Shown here: positions 61,131-64,000 of the stretch, in pieces
Layout: the number at the start of each line of letters is the position of its first letter
How positions within the stretch are numbered: position 1 is the first letter of the stretch
From: Phoronis australis
Lineage: Eukaryota; Animalia; Phoronida
Reading direction: 5' to 3'
DNA length: 64,000 bases
Assembly (NCBI GenBank): GCA_002633005.1
Contig: NMRA01000217.1
Coordinates: 124,001 to 188,000, forward strand
Notes under the pieces: model-generated
Database searches by the model: none
The model's input: only the letters and a program-made list of their open reading frames with translations
What the model was told of the DNA's origin: nothing
Position numbers and translations under genes: made by a program

Positions 61131-64000
61131 GTAAGTTTGCAACTATCAGGCTCAGTTGTGTTATTTTTTTCCATTCGCTGTTGCCTGTGCCGAGTTCCGT
61201 AAACGCGAGAATCTGGCGAAGGAAGCTGGCTTGATTGCGTGTTTCGCTTGTAATACATGGTGATATCTCGCGAAGTCTTGCGTGATCCACCGTTTTAGCG
61301 AGGTTTTGCGTCTTCGAAACGTGCGCCTATTCAGTTTCATCGGTGCATTAAAAAATATATAAGGAAAATTCACTTTTGGTGGCTTTGTGTGAAAACTTCT
61401 TGCAAACTGCAATCTGTGAAATATTTTTATGTGACAGCTTGATTCCCACAGTCCCTCAAATTGGTTTACCTGTTCTTGAAAGTGGCATTTTTGCATTCTT
61501 TCTAATCTTTTTGTTTCAAAACTAGAAAATGAGTGAAACAATTCAAGTACAAGAAGTGGCTGAAAGTTGTAATTCGTCACAGACAGGATGAAGGAGAAAT
61601 TATGAATGACTCACACCACTCGTTTTACTTTCAGTTACGCGAGACATACGCGCCCCCACTCGTACCACGAACAATTAAGTCAGGACCAATGGAGTGGTGG
61701 CCACGGAGTGCCAATCAAACGCGAAGATCAGGGACGAGGTTACGATTGTAAATTCAGATGTGAGTCACCGGTGAAGCGGGAAAAAGTCGGTAAGTTAGAT
61801 AATGCAGGCGATGTGGGAGAGTCGGGTTACGAACGATTAACAAATATATTCTGCACTAAACATTAAGGACACGAGTGGACCATGGTATATTACGTCAGAT
61901 ACTTTCAAGATGTTGTGCTAATGAAAAAAGCTTATCGGTTTCACTTGGAACAGCAACCAAAGGCGCGATCATTTAGACATAGAACCTACCTTTTAAAATA
62001 CCGAAATACGTTCAGTTCATGTCTCGTGAATTAAAATTAGCTTTTATTTATTGGTTTCTTGTTTTCTTCTTCAGAGATTTCACCCAGTCAACTGCAGTTG
62101 TATAGATCACTTCTGAAAGACAAGACTCAGACAGGTCAGTTCAGTGATAGTTAGACATCCCGGCTGTGTTTACAACTGCACGATAAACAGTAGTAACACG
62201 TCATTCAATGCCTTGTCGAACTGTCAACTTGCGATAAGAATACAGCCAATCACAGTGGAGACATTGACATCACCTAAGTCTAGTGGCCAATAACATCTAG
62301 CTAAACGATTTTCCTTGACGAATAAACACCTTATTCAAACATTTATCTCATATTTGTCAACCATTCAGGGCGTTCTCGCTCGAGTAAACAAGTTCAATAA
62401 GGTTATGAATGAGTGTGTCTAATCCGACGGACAGTCAGGATGATGCAGTTCCCAGAAAAGTGAATGGCTGAGTTTGCTTGGAAAGTTGACAGTCACGCAG
62501 TGCAAACGTAGGCCTCGTGAACAATCACATCTTTGTGAGATGATGATAACGCCTGGTCGAGAATCAATGAATTTATATTGACTCTTTCTTCGAACAGTGG
62601 GCTTGAGTTTGTCACCGCCGGCGTGTCGGACAGGGTTCATCGTGGTTTCATAAAGATGAAAAGGGGTCAATTACGCTCACGGGCGATTAAGCGCCTTAGC
62701 GCGCGGTTGGCGTGCAAGAACAGAAGTTATGAATTACATGTAGATCACTTACACTGCTATAAAATCTGTCTCCATTTTTTCGCTGCTTAATTAGGAAAGG
62801 TTTGTTAACAAGTGACAAGGCGTTATCAGTCGTCGGGACAATGCTCAGCGCATAAAATGACACACCGTGAAAAACCAGCTTGTATAGGTCTCACCACTGA
62901 CAAGTTCTCTCGAAGCCCGAAACCACCTCCATTTTGACTGAGGAACAATGCGAGACCACCTCAAAAGTTATTTTTAGTGCCACTAGTTTGCCTGTTTGTA
63001 TTTTGCTTTTATCGCCAGCCTCCGTTTTAAAGAAGACTCCCGAGAAACAAAAATGTAGCAGCGGGATTGTAAAAATGGTTTGTGAACTATTCCCGTTCCC
63101 TACCTTGCTGTAGAAGGACACCCTTACCACCCCTGATGTACTCTTTGCAGTTAAGACTCCGGAGCATATTTATTTAATCACTTCAACTGCAGAAAAATAA
63201 GAAGATTTTGTTGCTTCAAATGTATTTTTTTAAAAGCGAAGTATTTGTGACAATATCTCGAGCTGGACCCGGCCTGAGATGGCGAATTAAGACGATCTTT
63301 TTCATTTATGTGCATCGAAACAAATCATGATCTTTGATGCTGGTATAAAAATATCCAATGCCGCCTGTCCTTGCATTTTCTAATAATATTTGCGGAAAAG
63401 TAAATCGGTGTCACTGTCTCCAGTAAAATTTCACAGTCACAAATGAATTGTAAAGTTGTGAAAATTCATAAAATATGTTCCTGTTTCAATTCCAAACTAT
63501 TCAAAACCAGTCGAAATCGTGATCAACAAGGATTCACCAAGTTTAATTATTTTAGGTTTTAATAATTAAACCAAACTATAGATGGTCCACAAATGCACTG
63601 GGAATGGGCGAATCGAAGATCAGTAGATGGCTCTGGTTTAACATCCTTCACAGTTCTTGTTGCTACACGTCAATTTGGCAAGGCCATGTTCGATGAAGAT
63701 AGTTTTGTTCGCAAGCTCCTTGAGTTAAACTCCACGTTTGATAATTTTACTGTTTAATTTCAGGTGGTGGTCAAATCCAGTTGTGGCAGTTCTTGCTGGA
63801 ACTTCTTGTTGAAGACAAATGCGATAACTGTATTGTATGGGAAAACAACGATGGCGAATTTAAAATGGCGAAAACCGACGAAGTCGCGCGGTTGTGGGGT
63901 CAGCGGAAAAACAAACCAAATATGACTTACGACAAATTGAGCCGCGCGCTTCGATATTACTACGACAAAATGTACCTCACCAAAGTACACGGGAAGCGTT
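60550..64000 (+). CDS. ETS-domain transcription factor, ERG/FLI/FEV-like but divergent; exons 60550-61130, 61635-61789, 62075-62134, 63764 to beyond the window end
   Basis: The last exon reads [15 protein letters not shown]...[51 protein letters not shown]. Upstream exons join by GT-AG introns in phases 2,1,1. An acceptor at 60492 implies an upstream 5'-UTR exon. Confidence 0.85.
61635..61789 (+). CDS. ETS gene internal exon (SYARH...PIKRED...SPVKREKV)
   Basis: Boundaries ctttcag|T and G|gtaagt; phase 2 to phase 1; two psi-KxE SUMO-type motifs. Confidence 0.7.
62075..62134 (+). CDS. ETS gene 60-nt exon ([21 protein letters not shown])
   Basis: Long pyrimidine tract ending in tcag|AG; donor CAG|gtcagt; phase 1-1. 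Confidence 0.65.
63764..64000 (+). CDS. ETS DNA-binding domain exon (truncated by the window end)
   Basis: Acceptor tttcag|GT; ETS signatures LWQFLLELL and [14 protein letters not shown]. Confidence 0.97.

Overview
AT-rich (roughly 37% GC by eye), intron-rich animal genomic DNA, most likely from a marine invertebrate; the species cannot be named from the sequence. Three protein-coding genes can be rebuilt by hand from GT-AG splice sites with consistent phases. (1) The last four coding exons of an ENT4/SLC29A4-type equilibrative nucleoside transporter (+, 2761-9974). (2) An apparently complete 10-exon, ~1234-aa type I membrane protein on the minus strand (24935-12229): signal peptide, 3 CUB domains, 13 TSP1 repeats plus 1 degenerate repeat all in one 2430-bp exon, a transmembrane helix and a short tail with a YDNNIY motif. 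Read-through of one weak splice donor would give a secreted isoform. (3) A divergent ERG/FLI/FEV-like ETS transcription factor with no PNT domain (+, 60550 to the window end). The ~35 kb between genes 2 and 3 holds no convincing gene. It contains an Asp-rich (GAT)n low-complexity tract, a decayed L1/Tx1-like LINE, several MITEs (many with 5-bp target-site duplications), CTCF-like motifs and two near-identical tandem duplications split by a single N, which are probably assembly artefacts. Most short ORFs in the track are spurious.
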